Made by a program: the position numbers and the translations under genes. The notes beneath the pieces are model-generated. The model worked only from the letters and a program-made list of their open reading frames with translations, was not told the DNA's origin and did not search any database. Shown here in pieces: positions 18,577 to 29,046 of a stretch of DNA of 58,537 nt; the first letter of the stretch is position 1, and every line of letters starts with the position of its first letter. The DNA comes from Gemmatimonadota bacterium (GTDB taxonomy: Bacteria > Gemmatimonadota > Gemmatimonadetes > Gemmatimonadales > GWC2-71-9): assembly GCA_036679645.1 (NCBI GenBank), contig JAZDCY010000002.1, positions 1 to 58,537 of the forward strand, in the 5' to 3' direction.

Positions 18577-20118
18577 CTAGGGATTCACCGATCGCGGTTC
18601 AAGAGCGCCGTACCAGTCACGGGCCGCACTCCGTGCGGTATCCAGGAACGTGTCACCGTACCGAATGAGGTAGGGGACGGCGTTGAGCATACGTTCCTGG
18701 GGCTTGCCCAATGGGAAGAGGCTGGCCCGGGCCTTGGCGATCTTGCTGACGAGCAGTGTGTTGCGCTGCTTGAGATGACCCACGAGTCGTTTCTCGATGG
18801 CATCGACGCCCTTTGCGGCTTGGTGCCGGGCCGTATCGACGGGCTTTGCCAACGTCGGGTCGAGACCCGCGGCGGCGGTCCGAAGTCGCGAGAATTCTTC
18901 GTCCATCGTCGCACGCAATGTCCCGAGCGCGCGCGCCGCGTCATCCGGCATCTCATCGCTCACGAGGCGTCGCTCGAGGCTTCCCTCGGGCAGATGCAGG
19001 TCATCGATCGTGATGGCATAGGCGTGGAGCACCTTTTGGATCTTGGTCTCGACGAAACGCGCCGACCAGCGCGGGACGTGGGCCTGCGGCGCGATACCCA
19101 GCGTCTGGTACACGGGAGCGCACTGCGGAAGATATGCCAGTTCGCCTGGTCCCCCGATGTACGCGAGTGTTGGGAGGATCGCCGACTCGACGACCGGCCG
19201 TAGCAGAACGTTGGGTGAGAACCGCTCCGGATCTGTTTCGGCGAGACGCTCGAGTTCTGTCAGGGCGTAGCGCTCCCCGGACCTGCGCGTATGAAACACG
19301 CCATCTTCCACGATCAGCCGGTCCCGCCCCAGCCGGCACTCCAGCAATACGGTCGTTGCCCGGTCACCGACACTCACGGGGACCGGACGGTCGGCCGAGC
19401 GGAGCTGATTGGCGCGTGCAACCAGACCGCTGTCTATGGCGGGTGCGTTCTGCAACGCGCGGACGAGCCACGGTCGCATTGCAGCCTTCGCCGCGGGGTG
19501 CGTCGGGTCGAACACCACCAAACCAAACCGACCCATGAGCTCGGCTAGAGCGCCGCCAAAGGCGGATGCGAGATCGGCCTCGGGTCGGTAGTGTCGTTCC
19601 AACCACGCGAGCACATCGGGACGGAACTCTGTATCGGGTGTCTGCGCGGTGAGGGTCTCGATCACGCCCGCAATCGAGTTTCCGACGCGCTCCTTGTACA
19701 TCGGCGTAAGCGGAGCGTCGGGAGCGCGCTCGGGGAGTCGCAGCGTGGTGACCTCGTTGCCCAGCGTGATGACGTGCGCGTGACTTGCCTCGACGAAGTC
19801 GTGATCATCACCCGCAACCCAGAAGACGGGAACGACCGGTCGTTCCAGCTGCTGCTCCATGAGGTCGGCCAGAACCACGGCCGAAAGCGCCTTGTAGAGA
19901 GTGTAGAGCGGACCGGTCAGCAACCCGGGCTGCTGACCGGTGGTCACGCACATCGCGCCGGCGGTGAAGAGTCGATCCAACTGACCGGTGGCGTCATTCT
20001 CGGCCCGGAATGCCGCTCGGAGATCGGGTGCAAGCGAGACCTGCCCGGCGGCGGAGAGGCGAACTCCGTCCAGCCCTCCAATGGGGGCAATCGGCGTCGT
20101 GTCGAAGGTCAGGCTCAC
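18577..20118 (-). CDS. bshC: bacillithiol cysteine-adding enzyme BshC
   Basis: VTTGQQPGLLTGPLYTLYK, DDHDF.E, RFSPNVLLRP, YIGGPGELAY, PQER. Confidence 0.93.
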   Translation of the reverse strand: MSLTFDTTPIAPIGGLDGVRLSAAGQVSLAPDLRAAFRAENDATGQLDRLFTAGAMCVTTGQQPGLLTGPLYTLYKALSAVVLADLMEQQLERPVVPVFWVAGDDHDFVEASHAHVITLGNEVTTLRLPERAPDAPLTPMYKERVGNSIAGVIETLTAQTPDTEFRPDVLAWLERHYRPEADLASAFGGALAELMGRFGLVVFDPTHPAAKAAMRPWLVRALQNAPAIDSGLVARANQLRSADRPVPVSVGDRATTVLLECRLGRDRLIVEDGVFHTRRSGERYALTELERLAETDPERFSPNVLLRPVVESAILPTLAYIGGPGELAYLPQCAPVYQTLGIAPQAHVPRWSARFVETKIQKVLHAYAITIDDLHLPEGSLERRLVSDEMPDDAARALGTLRATMDEEFSRLRTAAAGLDPTLAKPVDTARHQAAKGVDAIEKRLVGHLKQRNTLLVSKIAKARASLFPLGKPQERMLNAVPYLIRYGDTFLDTARSAARDWYGALEPRSVNP

Positions 20119-20837
20119 GGCGCCTCGGCAATGAGGATGACTCGAGCAGCGTCGGGCGCGGGTGGCGCACCGTCGTAGCTGCCGAAGCTCGTGCGAACGG
20201 TGAGCCCCGCCGCCTGCAACATGTCGATCAGCTCCTCCCGCGCGAACAGACGTACCCGTTCCACGAAATTTCGTCCGTCATCCACGAGGTGCATCTCCTT
20301 GATCACGAATCGTCCATCCGTACTGATCCGACGAGTGACGTGCACGCGTTGCGACCCCACCTGGCGTTCTTCCCTTGGGACGAGTCCGGCGCGTACCTGA
20401 GCGGCGTTGAAGAAATCGAGGACGAACGCGCCCCCGGGTTGGAGCAGCGCCGCCGCCTCTTGCAGTAAAGACTGGTGCTCTGCGTCTTCCGCAAAGTAGC
20501 CGAAACTCGTGAACAGATTCACGATCGCATCAAATGAGCGCGGTGCGAACGGTAGCACCCGCATGTCGCCGCGCACGAGCCAACCGCCGGCCCCGAGACG
20601 CTGACGGGCGCGGGCGAGCAATGGCATTGAGAGGTCGAACCCCACCACCCGCGCTCCCGCCCGCTCGATGTGGACCGCGTGGCGGCCGGGGCCACACGCC
20701 AGATCCAGCACCCGCTTCCCCGACAGAGACATTACGCTGTCGAGCAGGGCGACCGCTCGCGCCGCTTCGTCGTCGTCGCGGTGTGGATAGAGCCGCAGGT
20801 ACTCCTCTCCGAACCACTGCTCGAACCACTCGGTCAC
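20115..20837 (-). CDS. class I SAM-dependent methyltransferase
   Basis: LDLACGPGRH, GDMR, NLFTSFGYF; overlaps the bshC start. Confidence 0.9.
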   Translation of the reverse strand: MTEWFEQWFGEEYLRLYPHRDDDEAARAVALLDSVMSLSGKRVLDLACGPGRHAVHIERAGARVVGFDLSMPLLARARQRLGAGGWLVRGDMRVLPFAPRSFDAIVNLFTSFGYFAEDAEHQSLLQEAAALLQPGGAFVLDFFNAAQVRAGLVPREERQVGSQRVHVTRRISTDGRFVIKEMHLVDDGRNFVERVRLFAREELIDMLQAAGLTVRTSFGSYDGAPPAPDAARVILIAEAP

Positions 20838-20840
20838 CGG

Positions 20841-21311
20841 TCAGCCGCCCTTGTGGTACGGGTGCCCGTCGAGCAGCGTGCTAGCACGGTAGAGTTGCTC
20901 CAACAGCATGAGGCGAGCGAGGTCGTGTGGGAGAGTAAGCGGTGAGAGGGAGATCTGTGCGTCACACGCGGCGACCAATTCCGGATCGAGGCCGTGCGCC
21001 CCTCCGAGTAGCAATGCGACGTCGCGCGCGCTCTCTCGCCAGCGCTGTACGCGATCGGCCAGCTCTCTAGACGTGACGGCGTGGCCCGTTCGAGTCAATG
21101 CCACGGTCTGTGCTCGGGAGGGAATTGCCTTTCGCAGGAGGTCGCGTTCCCGGCGGCGTTTTTCCGATGCGGTACCGCCGCGGCGTCCCGCGTCGGCTAT
21201 TTCGCGCTCGACGATCGTCAGGCCCCGGCCCGCGCGTCGGATGTATTCATCGCACGAGGCGCGGATACCAGCATCGCGGATCCGGCCGACCGCGACGACG
21301 TGGAAGACCAT
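20841..21311 (-). CDS. rlmH: 23S rRNA pseudouridine-1915 N3-methyltransferase
   Basis: GGAHGL, SLSPLTLPH.LARLMLLEQLYRA..GHPYHK. Confidence 0.95.
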   Translation of the reverse strand: MVFHVVAVGRIRDAGIRASCDEYIRRAGRGLTIVEREIADAGRRGGTASEKRRRERDLLRKAIPSRAQTVALTRTGHAVTSRELADRVQRWRESARDVALLLGGAHGLDPELVAACDAQISLSPLTLPHDLARLMLLEQLYRASTLLDGHPYHKGG

Positions 21312-22618
21312 CAGGCATACATGCCGCGCAACCGGTGGACGGCCGCTACGCGCTCCACGGCGAGCATGTATGCAGCCGTGCGCATGTTGACCTCGTGTCG
21401 CTTGGCCACCGACAGCACGTCCTGGAACGACCGCTCGATAATTGTGTTGAGCCGTTCCACGACAGTGGGCTCATCCCAGAAATATCCGCTCCGGTCTTGG
21501 ACCCACTCGAAGTAGCTCACAGTCACCCCACCGGCGTTCGCCAGAATGTCCGGTATGACGAACACGCCCCTGTCCTCGAGGATGATGTCGGCGCCTGGAG
21601 TAGTGGGCCCGTTGGCGCCTTCGCAGATGATCTTTGCCTGAATTCGGTCCGCGTTCTTTCGGGTGATCGCGTTCTCGACCGCGGCGGGTACCAGCACGTC
21701 GACATCCAATTCGAGCAGCGCGCTGTTGTCGATTGGATCGGCATTGGGGTAACCCGTCAGGAAGCGGTGTTCACCAATCCAATCACACGCGTCCTGAATG
21801 TAGATGCCGTTGGGGTTGTAGATCGCCCCCGTCTTGTCGCTGATCGCGACGACAGTGAGACCTTCGCGCTCCAGCAGCATGGCGGCGACCGACCCGACGT
21901 TCCCAAAGCCCTGCACAGCCACCTTGGTACCGCGTTGCGGCAGGCCCAGGTGCTTCAGGGCCTCCCGCGTGGCAATCATGCACCCCCGCCCCGTGGCCTC
22001 GCGCCGGCCAACGGAGCCGCCCATCTCGACCGGTTTGCCCGTCACCACCCCGGTCACCGCATGGCCTTTGTGCATGGAGAACGTATCCATGACCCAGGCC
22101 ATGACGCGTTCGTTGGTGTTGACGTCCGGAGCCGGAATGTCGGAGTCGGGTCCCAGGGTATCGATCAACGACGCCGTGTAACGCCGCGTGACCCGCTCGA
22201 GCTCGCTGATGGAGAGAACCGCGGGATCGCACACTACCCCGCCCTTCGCGCCGCCAAACGGGATGTTCACGACCGCGCATTTCCATGTCATCCAGGCAGC
22301 GAGCGCTTTGACCTCGTCGAGCGTGACATTGAGATCGAAGCGAATGCCGCCCTTGCACGGCCCGCGGGCCGAGTTATGGAGCACGCGGTACCCCGTGAAC
22401 ACTTCAATCTCGCCGTTGTCGCGGTGTACCGGGATGGACACGACGATCTGTTTCTCGGGTTCCCGCAGCACCTTGTAGATGCCGGGGTCGAGATCGAGCA
22501 ACTCGGCCGCATGGTCGAACCGCGCCATCATCGCTCCGAAGGGGTTGTCCTCGGAGAGAATTGGATCCTTGCTCCGACCCACGAGGTCGTGGGCCGTCCG
22601 CACGCCCACGACCGTCAT
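21311..22618 (-). CDS. gdhA: glutamate dehydrogenase (Glu/Leu/Phe/Val family)
   Basis: [50 protein letters not shown]. Confidence 0.93.
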   Translation of the reverse strand: MTVVGVRTAHDLVGRSKDPILSEDNPFGAMMARFDHAAELLDLDPGIYKVLREPEKQIVVSIPVHRDNGEIEVFTGYRVLHNSARGPCKGGIRFDLNVTLDEVKALAAWMTWKCAVVNIPFGGAKGGVVCDPAVLSISELERVTRRYTASLIDTLGPDSDIPAPDVNTNERVMAWVMDTFSMHKGHAVTGVVTGKPVEMGGSVGRREATGRGCMIATREALKHLGLPQRGTKVAVQGFGNVGSVAAMLLEREGLTVVAISDKTGAIYNPNGIYIQDACDWIGEHRFLTGYPNADPIDNSALLELDVDVLVPAAVENAITRKNADRIQAKIICEGANGPTTPGADIILEDRGVFVIPDILANAGGVTVSYFEWVQDRSGYFWDEPTVVERLNTIIERSFQDVLSVAKRHEVNMRTAAYMLAVERVAAVHRLRGMYA

Positions 22619-23661
22619 GCCACCCTCATCCATGAACGCCGTCGTTCCCGTAAGCCAGGGCCACTGTGCCGGACGGCCGTATCGAGCAGGCGCTCAACGG
22701 CGGACCGTCCGGACCGCCAGAATAGTCCAAGCTCCGCGACGAGGGGCTCCGGCTCATCCGGCGGCCACAACCCGCGGAGCTTCACCGCATCCTTCGCGGT
22801 GATGACAACGTAATCAACTTCTCGCTGAAGGCGTACAATACGCCTGATTTCCGCGGGCCCGAACCGGTGGTGATCCCGCCACGCCAGAAGGCGCACGTGA
22901 GCCGCGACGCGCTCGATCTGCCTGGCTAGAGCAGCGGGATCGGCTATGCCGGCGCTCACTAGCACCCGGGTGCCCCTGAGGGCCTCTGGGGATCGGCGTA
23001 CACCGGTCCGGAGCCCGTGAAACGCGCGAGGCTCCAGCCCGATGATCGCCGTGGGTGGCTGTCCTGTCTCCTGCAGTCGCCCGACCAGGCCGGAAACGAC
23101 ATGTTCGGGGGCGGACTTGACCGTGACTATCACCGCATCGGCGCGTCCGAGCGCCGCCCATGCCTCGCGCCAGGGACCGGCAGGCAGGCTCCAGCGGGAT
23201 CCGCCAACCCGTTCTGCGCTCACAAGGGCCAGGTTGAGTGTCGGCCGCACGTCCAGGCGTTGGAAGGCGTCGTCCAGGACCAGCACATCGGCGCCCCTGA
23301 TCACGGCACGGCGAGCCGCGGCATGCCGATCGGCACCGATCTCGAGGATCGCTCCCGGGACCGCGTCCCGGTGCAGCTGCGCCTCGTCTCCGCCATAGTC
23401 GCGCAGCAGCACGGCTGGCCGTTTGCCCTTTCGCTGTAAATGACTCGCGATCCAACTGGCCAGAGGGGTTTTTCCCGCGCCGCCAACCTGCAGCGAGCCC
23501 ACGGCAATACTGGGGGCGGGCAGCGGTGTGCGGTGGAGCCAGCCGCGAGTGTACGCGACGGTCCGCGCGGTCACTGCGCCATCATAGACGGCGGACACTG
23601 GTACCAGCAGGCCGCGACAGGCTGCTGCGGCGCGAGAATGACTATCCCATAGCCAGATCAC
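22615..23661 (-). CDS. lpxK: tetraacyldisaccharide 4'-kinase
   Basis: VGGAGKTP P-loop, [28 protein letters not shown] 23661 overlaps the upstream stop. Confidence 0.9.
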   Translation of the reverse strand: MIWLWDSHSRAAAACRGLLVPVSAVYDGAVTARTVAYTRGWLHRTPLPAPSIAVGSLQVGGAGKTPLASWIASHLQRKGKRPAVLLRDYGGDEAQLHRDAVPGAILEIGADRHAAARRAVIRGADVLVLDDAFQRLDVRPTLNLALVSAERVGGSRWSLPAGPWREAWAALGRADAVIVTVKSAPEHVVSGLVGRLQETGQPPTAIIGLEPRAFHGLRTGVRRSPEALRGTRVLVSAGIADPAALARQIERVAAHVRLLAWRDHHRFGPAEIRRIVRLQREVDYVVITAKDAVKLRGLWPPDEPEPLVAELGLFWRSGRSAVERLLDTAVRHSGPGLRERRRSWMRVA

Positions 23662-24269
23662 GCCGCCTCCGATGCGATCGCGGCGGCCTCGTCCAGGCGT
23701 CCCGCGAGCTCCACCACAGGCGTGGTAGCGTCTACATTGGTCAGCGGCTCTCGATATACGACGCGAACGCGCGCGAAGGGCCGCGGAATGAGCATCTGGT
23801 CCCACGATCCGATCGACCAGACGCTCGAGGCATCGGCAGCGATGGGGAGGATAGGGACCCCGGCCAGCCGGGCAGCCACGAGCACCCCTGGCTTGGCCAC
23901 TCCATGTGGCCCGCGTGGGCCGTCCGGCGTCACGGCGACGGCGCCCCCTCCGTGGAGCGTTCGGACGACCCCGCGTAGGGCCTGCAACCCACCGCCGCCC
24001 GACGACCCGCGAACCAGTCGGTACCCCCACCGCTGCGCCGCCTCGGCGAGCAGGCTCCCGTCCTCATGGGCGCTTACCAGCAACGTGATACCCCGGTTGC
24101 GGTGCCACCAAACGAGCGGAATGAGCGAGCGATGCCAGACGGCGTACACGAACGCACCTGACGCGGCCTGTACCTGCGCGTGGTGCTCTTCTCCGACCAC
24201 CTCGACCCGCCAGGTCGCGGCTAGGGCCCTGACCGCCGACCGGACGAACCATGCCCGCAGGCGCTTCAT
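23658..24269 (-). CDS. DUF374 (LpxJ-like) acyltransferase
   Basis: VWH, SAHEDG, RGSS, TPDGPRGP, SWD...PRPF; sits between lpxB and lpxK. Confidence 0.85.
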   Translation of the reverse strand: MKRLRAWFVRSAVRALAATWRVEVVGEEHHAQVQAASGAFVYAVWHRSLIPLVWWHRNRGITLLVSAHEDGSLLAEAAQRWGYRLVRGSSGGGGLQALRGVVRTLHGGGAVAVTPDGPRGPHGVAKPGVLVAARLAGVPILPIAADASSVWSIGSWDQMLIPRPFARVRVVYREPLTNVDATTPVVELAGRLDEAAAIASEAA

Positions 24270-25384
24270 GCCGCCAACGCCATTGCCAACGCTGCTGTCC
24301 GGTCTGAGGCGCCCGGCGGGCCCAGGCGCTCGCGGATCTCGGCGTACGCTGAGCGCTGCCTTCGGGCATCAGGGCCGTTGAAATCGAGCAGCGGCCGCAG
24401 TGTCGCAACGAGTGTCTCGGGGGTAACGGCATCCTGGATGAGTTCCGGCACAACCTGACGGCCCGTCACGAGGTTGGGCAGTCCGATCCATGGGACGGAG
24501 ACGGCGCGCCGGGCGACCCGATACGTCAGTGGGTGCATCCGGTATGCGACTACCTGCGGCGTTCCGGCAAGTGCCGCCTCCAACGTTGCCGTTCCCGACT
24601 TGCAGAGCGCCACATCGGCAGCGCGCAACAGCAACGCTGATCGGTCCCGCACGATGGACAGCCCGTCCGCGTGAGGATACTCGGCCACTCCGGTTGCGGC
24701 GACGGCGATCTGGATCGATGGCTCGCAGCTACGGAGCTGTCGGGCGGCCGTGTGGAAGGCCCTCCAGTGACGGCGCACATCGCCGGGGCGGCTTCCGGGA
24801 AGCACGGCCAGCACCGGCCGGTCAGGTGCCAGTCCCAATTCCCGCCGCGCGGTGGCGCGATCGGGGCCAGACTCATCATGCGCCAGCGGATGGCCCACGA
24901 AACTGGTGCTGATGCCCGCGCGCCGAAAGAACGCTTCCTCGAACGGAAGCACGACAGCGAGGTGGCTCACGGTGGCAGCGAGGCGCGATGCCCGCCACGC
25001 ACCCCAGGCCCACAGTTGCGGCGCGATGTAATAGAGCACCGGAATGCCAGCGTGGCGTGCCACTCCGGCCAATGCAAGGTGGAAGCCCGGGTAGTCGACC
25101 AGCACGGCGAGATCGTATGCGCCCGTACGTAGGCGACGCGCTGCCGTACGATATGCGCGCAGATGGGTGACTGCAGATCCCGCCGCCTCGGCGAGGCCCA
25201 TGGCACCCAAGCGCTCGCTGTCGATGATGATCTCTGCGCCCTGCTCTCTGAGTGAGGGACCACCGATTGCCTCCACGATGAGCCTGGGGCCGGAAGCGGC
25301 GCGCCGCAATGCGGCGACGAGGGCGCCCGCATGCTTGTCGCCGGACGGCTCACCGGCGGAAACGAAGACGCGCCGCACCGTCAC
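24266..25384 (-). CDS. lpxB: lipid-A-disaccharide synthase
   Basis: AGEPSGD, DYPGF, PQLWAW, LPFE, VGHPL, LPGSR, SGTATLE, PELIQ. Confidence 0.95.
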   Translation of the reverse strand: MTVRRVFVSAGEPSGDKHAGALVAALRRAASGPRLIVEAIGGPSLREQGAEIIIDSERLGAMGLAEAAGSAVTHLRAYRTAARRLRTGAYDLAVLVDYPGFHLALAGVARHAGIPVLYYIAPQLWAWGAWRASRLAATVSHLAVVLPFEEAFFRRAGISTSFVGHPLAHDESGPDRATARRELGLAPDRPVLAVLPGSRPGDVRRHWRAFHTAARQLRSCEPSIQIAVAATGVAEYPHADGLSIVRDRSALLLRAADVALCKSGTATLEAALAGTPQVVAYRMHPLTYRVARRAVSVPWIGLPNLVTGRQVVPELIQDAVTPETLVATLRPLLDFNGPDARRQRSAYAEIRERLGPPGASDRTAALAMALAA

Positions 25385-26160
25385 CGCGCCGGAATACCAC
25401 GCTCCGAGCCCGCGACGAACTCTACCAGGCGCACGACCTCCGGGGAGATCTCGGGGTCGGACCGAAGGCGCTCCATTGCCTCCGCGCGCGACAGATCTGA
25501 GTTGAACAGGAATCGGTAGGCGCGCTGCAATGCCAGCCGTGCTTCGCTCGAGAACCCCGCGCGCCTCAGGCCAACGGCATTGAGCCCGTACAGACGCAAC
25601 GGTGATCCAACCGCACGCGTGAAAGGCGGAATGTCCTGCGGCACGCGCGATCCGCCGCCCACGAAGGCATGTTCACCGATCCGCACGAACTGATGGACGG
25701 GCGTGTGGCCTCCCAACCAGGCGTGATGCCCGATCTCGACATGACCGGCGAGTTGCACGGCATTGGCGATAACCACATCATCGCCGATACGGCAATCGTG
25801 TGCGACGTGCACGTACGACATCAGGAAACACCGGGAGCCAAGGCAGGTCACACCGGACGCGCGGGTGCCGCGGTTTATGGTAGTGTACTCGCGAATGACC
25901 GTCCGGTCACCGATCTCGACTCGGGTATGCTCACCGCGGTACGTCACGTCCTGCGGCGCACTGCCAATGACGGCGCCGTAGCCAATGGTGCACTCGCGAC
26001 CAACAAGCGTATCACGCTCGATCACGGCGTGTGCCGCGATCTCCGTGCTCTCTCCTACGTCGACGCCGGGGCCGACGATGGCGTAGGGTCCGATCACCAC
26101 ATCGGGCGCGAGCTGTGCGCCGGCGTGAATGACGGCGGTCTCGTGGATGAGCGCGGTCAC
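25381..26160 (-). CDS. lpxA: UDP-N-acetylglucosamine O-acyltransferase
   Basis: Hexapeptide repeats, PQD, INRGT, HVAHDC, HQFVRIG, GLNAVGLRR; GTG at 26160. Confidence 0.95.
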   Translation of the reverse strand: MTALIHETAVIHAGAQLAPDVVIGPYAIVGPGVDVGESTEIAAHAVIERDTLVGRECTIGYGAVIGSAPQDVTYRGEHTRVEIGDRTVIREYTTINRGTRASGVTCLGSRCFLMSYVHVAHDCRIGDDVVIANAVQLAGHVEIGHHAWLGGHTPVHQFVRIGEHAFVGGGSRVPQDIPPFTRAVGSPLRLYGLNAVGLRRAGFSSEARLALQRAYRFLFNSDLSRAEAMERLRSDPEISPEVVRLVEFVAGSERGIPAR

Positions 26161-27420
26161 CGATCGATGATGCTGGCCATGAACTCGGCCTCGGCTACCC
26201 GTTGGCCGTCTACGTACGCCGCGCCGCGCATCTGGCAAGTCCGCTGCTTGAGCCTGACCATCTCGAGTTCGAAACGCAGCTGGTCGCCGGGGGTCACCGG
26301 CCGGCGGAACTTCACCTTATCGATGGACATGAAGTAGACGACCTTGTCCTGCGGATTCTCGATCGAGCCCATCAGCATCATGCCGCCCGCCTGTGCCATC
26401 GCTTCCACGATGAGCACGCCGGGCATGATGGGGTGATCGGGAAAGTGCCCCTGAAAGAACGGCTCATTGATCGTCACGTTCTTGAGACCGACCAGACGTT
26501 TCCCTTCCTCGATCTCTAGGATGCGATCGACCAGCAACAACGGATACCGGTGTGGTAGCGTACCGAGGATCTCCTGTATCCCGGCAACGTGCGGTGCCGT
26601 CAGCGTCGACATGCGCCTGATCGCGCGGACCAACGCGACGTTGCCCGCGTGGCTGGGCCGGAAGGCCGTCACGCCTCCCGTGAACCGCCCTCCGAGCAGG
26701 GCCAGGTCTCCCAGGAGGTCGACCGCCTTGTGCCGCACGAATTCATCGGGCCAACGCAGGTCGCCGGCGGCAATGCCGTCTTTGGTCAACACGATCGCGT
26801 TGGCGGTCGAGGCACCCTGAGCAAGGCCACGCGCCAGCAGCGCCTCCTGCTCGGCGGCAAACCCGTACGTGCGAGCGCGCGACAGTTCGCGCGTGAACGC
26901 CCCCGGCGTAATGTCATAGCATCCCGACTGACGCCCCACGAGCGGATGGTCATGTTCGATCGTGACGGTCAGTCGCAGCTCATTCGCCGGTGCGACGACG
27001 TACGTTGCCTCTCCTTCTTTGATCGTGATCGGCGACTGTACCCGGAAGGTTCGGGGTGTGCCATCCTGTTCGACGACGCCTGCCTCTTCGATGTGTCGCG
27101 AAGCGTCGGAGGCGCTGCCGTCGCCGGCAGGCAGTTCGGGGCCATCGAACTCGACGCGCAGATCGTCGATGCCATGGGCTGCCACGGCTGCCAGCAGGTG
27201 CTCGACAGTGTGCACCGCATCGGCACCTTCACCCAGGACGATGCGCCGATCAGTATCGGTTACGGACTCGACCGACGCGGGTAGCGGATTTGCCTCCGCT
27301 CGATCGGATCTGACGAAGACGACGCCGGTGTCGGCGGGGGCGGGCATGAGGCGCACGGTGGTCGTGGCACCGGTATGGAGACCGGTCCCCGAGAACTCGA
27401 CCTGCTGCGCGAGGGTGTGT

Positions 27421-27428
<8 letters not shown>
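26157..27428 (-). CDS. lpxC-fabZ: bifunctional LpxC deacetylase / FabZ dehydratase
   Basis: GLHTG, TVEHLL, RARTYG, RHKAVDLLGDL followed by LPHRYPLLLVDR and FFQGHFP..PIMPGVLIVEAMAQ. Confidence 0.95.
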
Positions 27429-28455
<1,027 letters not shown>

Positions 28456-28462
28456 GGGACGA

Positions 28463-29023
28463 CTAGTTGCTGGGTGCGCTGTTCAGCCGCTCGATCACGA
28501 GCGTCGTGAGATCGAGTGTTCGATCGGCGGCGATGATGTTGTTTCCCGGCGCCGCGACGTCGAAGATGAACATCAGGTTGCGTTCCGCGCGCAGCCCCTC
28601 GATCACACCTTTCACCCGCTCCTCGATTGGCGATACCAACTGCCGTTCCCGCTCGGACGCGCGCGATTGCAGTTCGCTGTAGCGCTGCTCCAGGCGTGAC
28701 TGCATATCGCGAATCTCCTGCTGCTTTGCCTGACGGTTGCTCGGCGTCAACACGATTTCCTGCTGGTCGTATGTACGGACGATCGAGTCCAACCGGGTCT
28801 GCATCTGCTGGACCTCGTCGCGGAAGCTCTCGATCTCGGCGTTTAGCGTGGATTCGGCCTCAGCGTATCCGGGTGTCTGCCGGATGATGAGCTGTGAGTT
28901 CACCCATGCAAAACCCGCGGAGCTCTGCGGGCCCTGCGCCGCCGCGGTCGCCGGCGCAAGCACCAGCACCGTGAGGACCAGTGCCGCGTGCCACCGGTCG
29001 AAAACAGGACGGGAGAGTGTCAT
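28463..29023 (-). CDS. skp: Skp/OmpH periplasmic chaperone
   Basis: Signal peptide, long coiled coil, C-terminal DLT..VIERL; between bamA and lpxD. Confidence 0.88.
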   Translation of the reverse strand: MTLSRPVFDRWHAALVLTVLVLAPATAAAQGPQSSAGFAWVNSQLIIRQTPGYAEAESTLNAEIESFRDEVQQMQTRLDSIVRTYDQQEIVLTPSNRQAKQQEIRDMQSRLEQRYSELQSRASERERQLVSPIEERVKGVIEGLRAERNLMFIFDVAAPGNNIIAADRTLDLTTLVIERLNSAPSN

Positions 29024-29046
29024 ATCGAACTGCCTGTGCTCTGAGG

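Noticed and set aside
21098..22813. 571-aa plus-strand ORF
   Set aside because: Antisense shadow of gdhA; expected from high-GC codon bias; no recognisable motifs.
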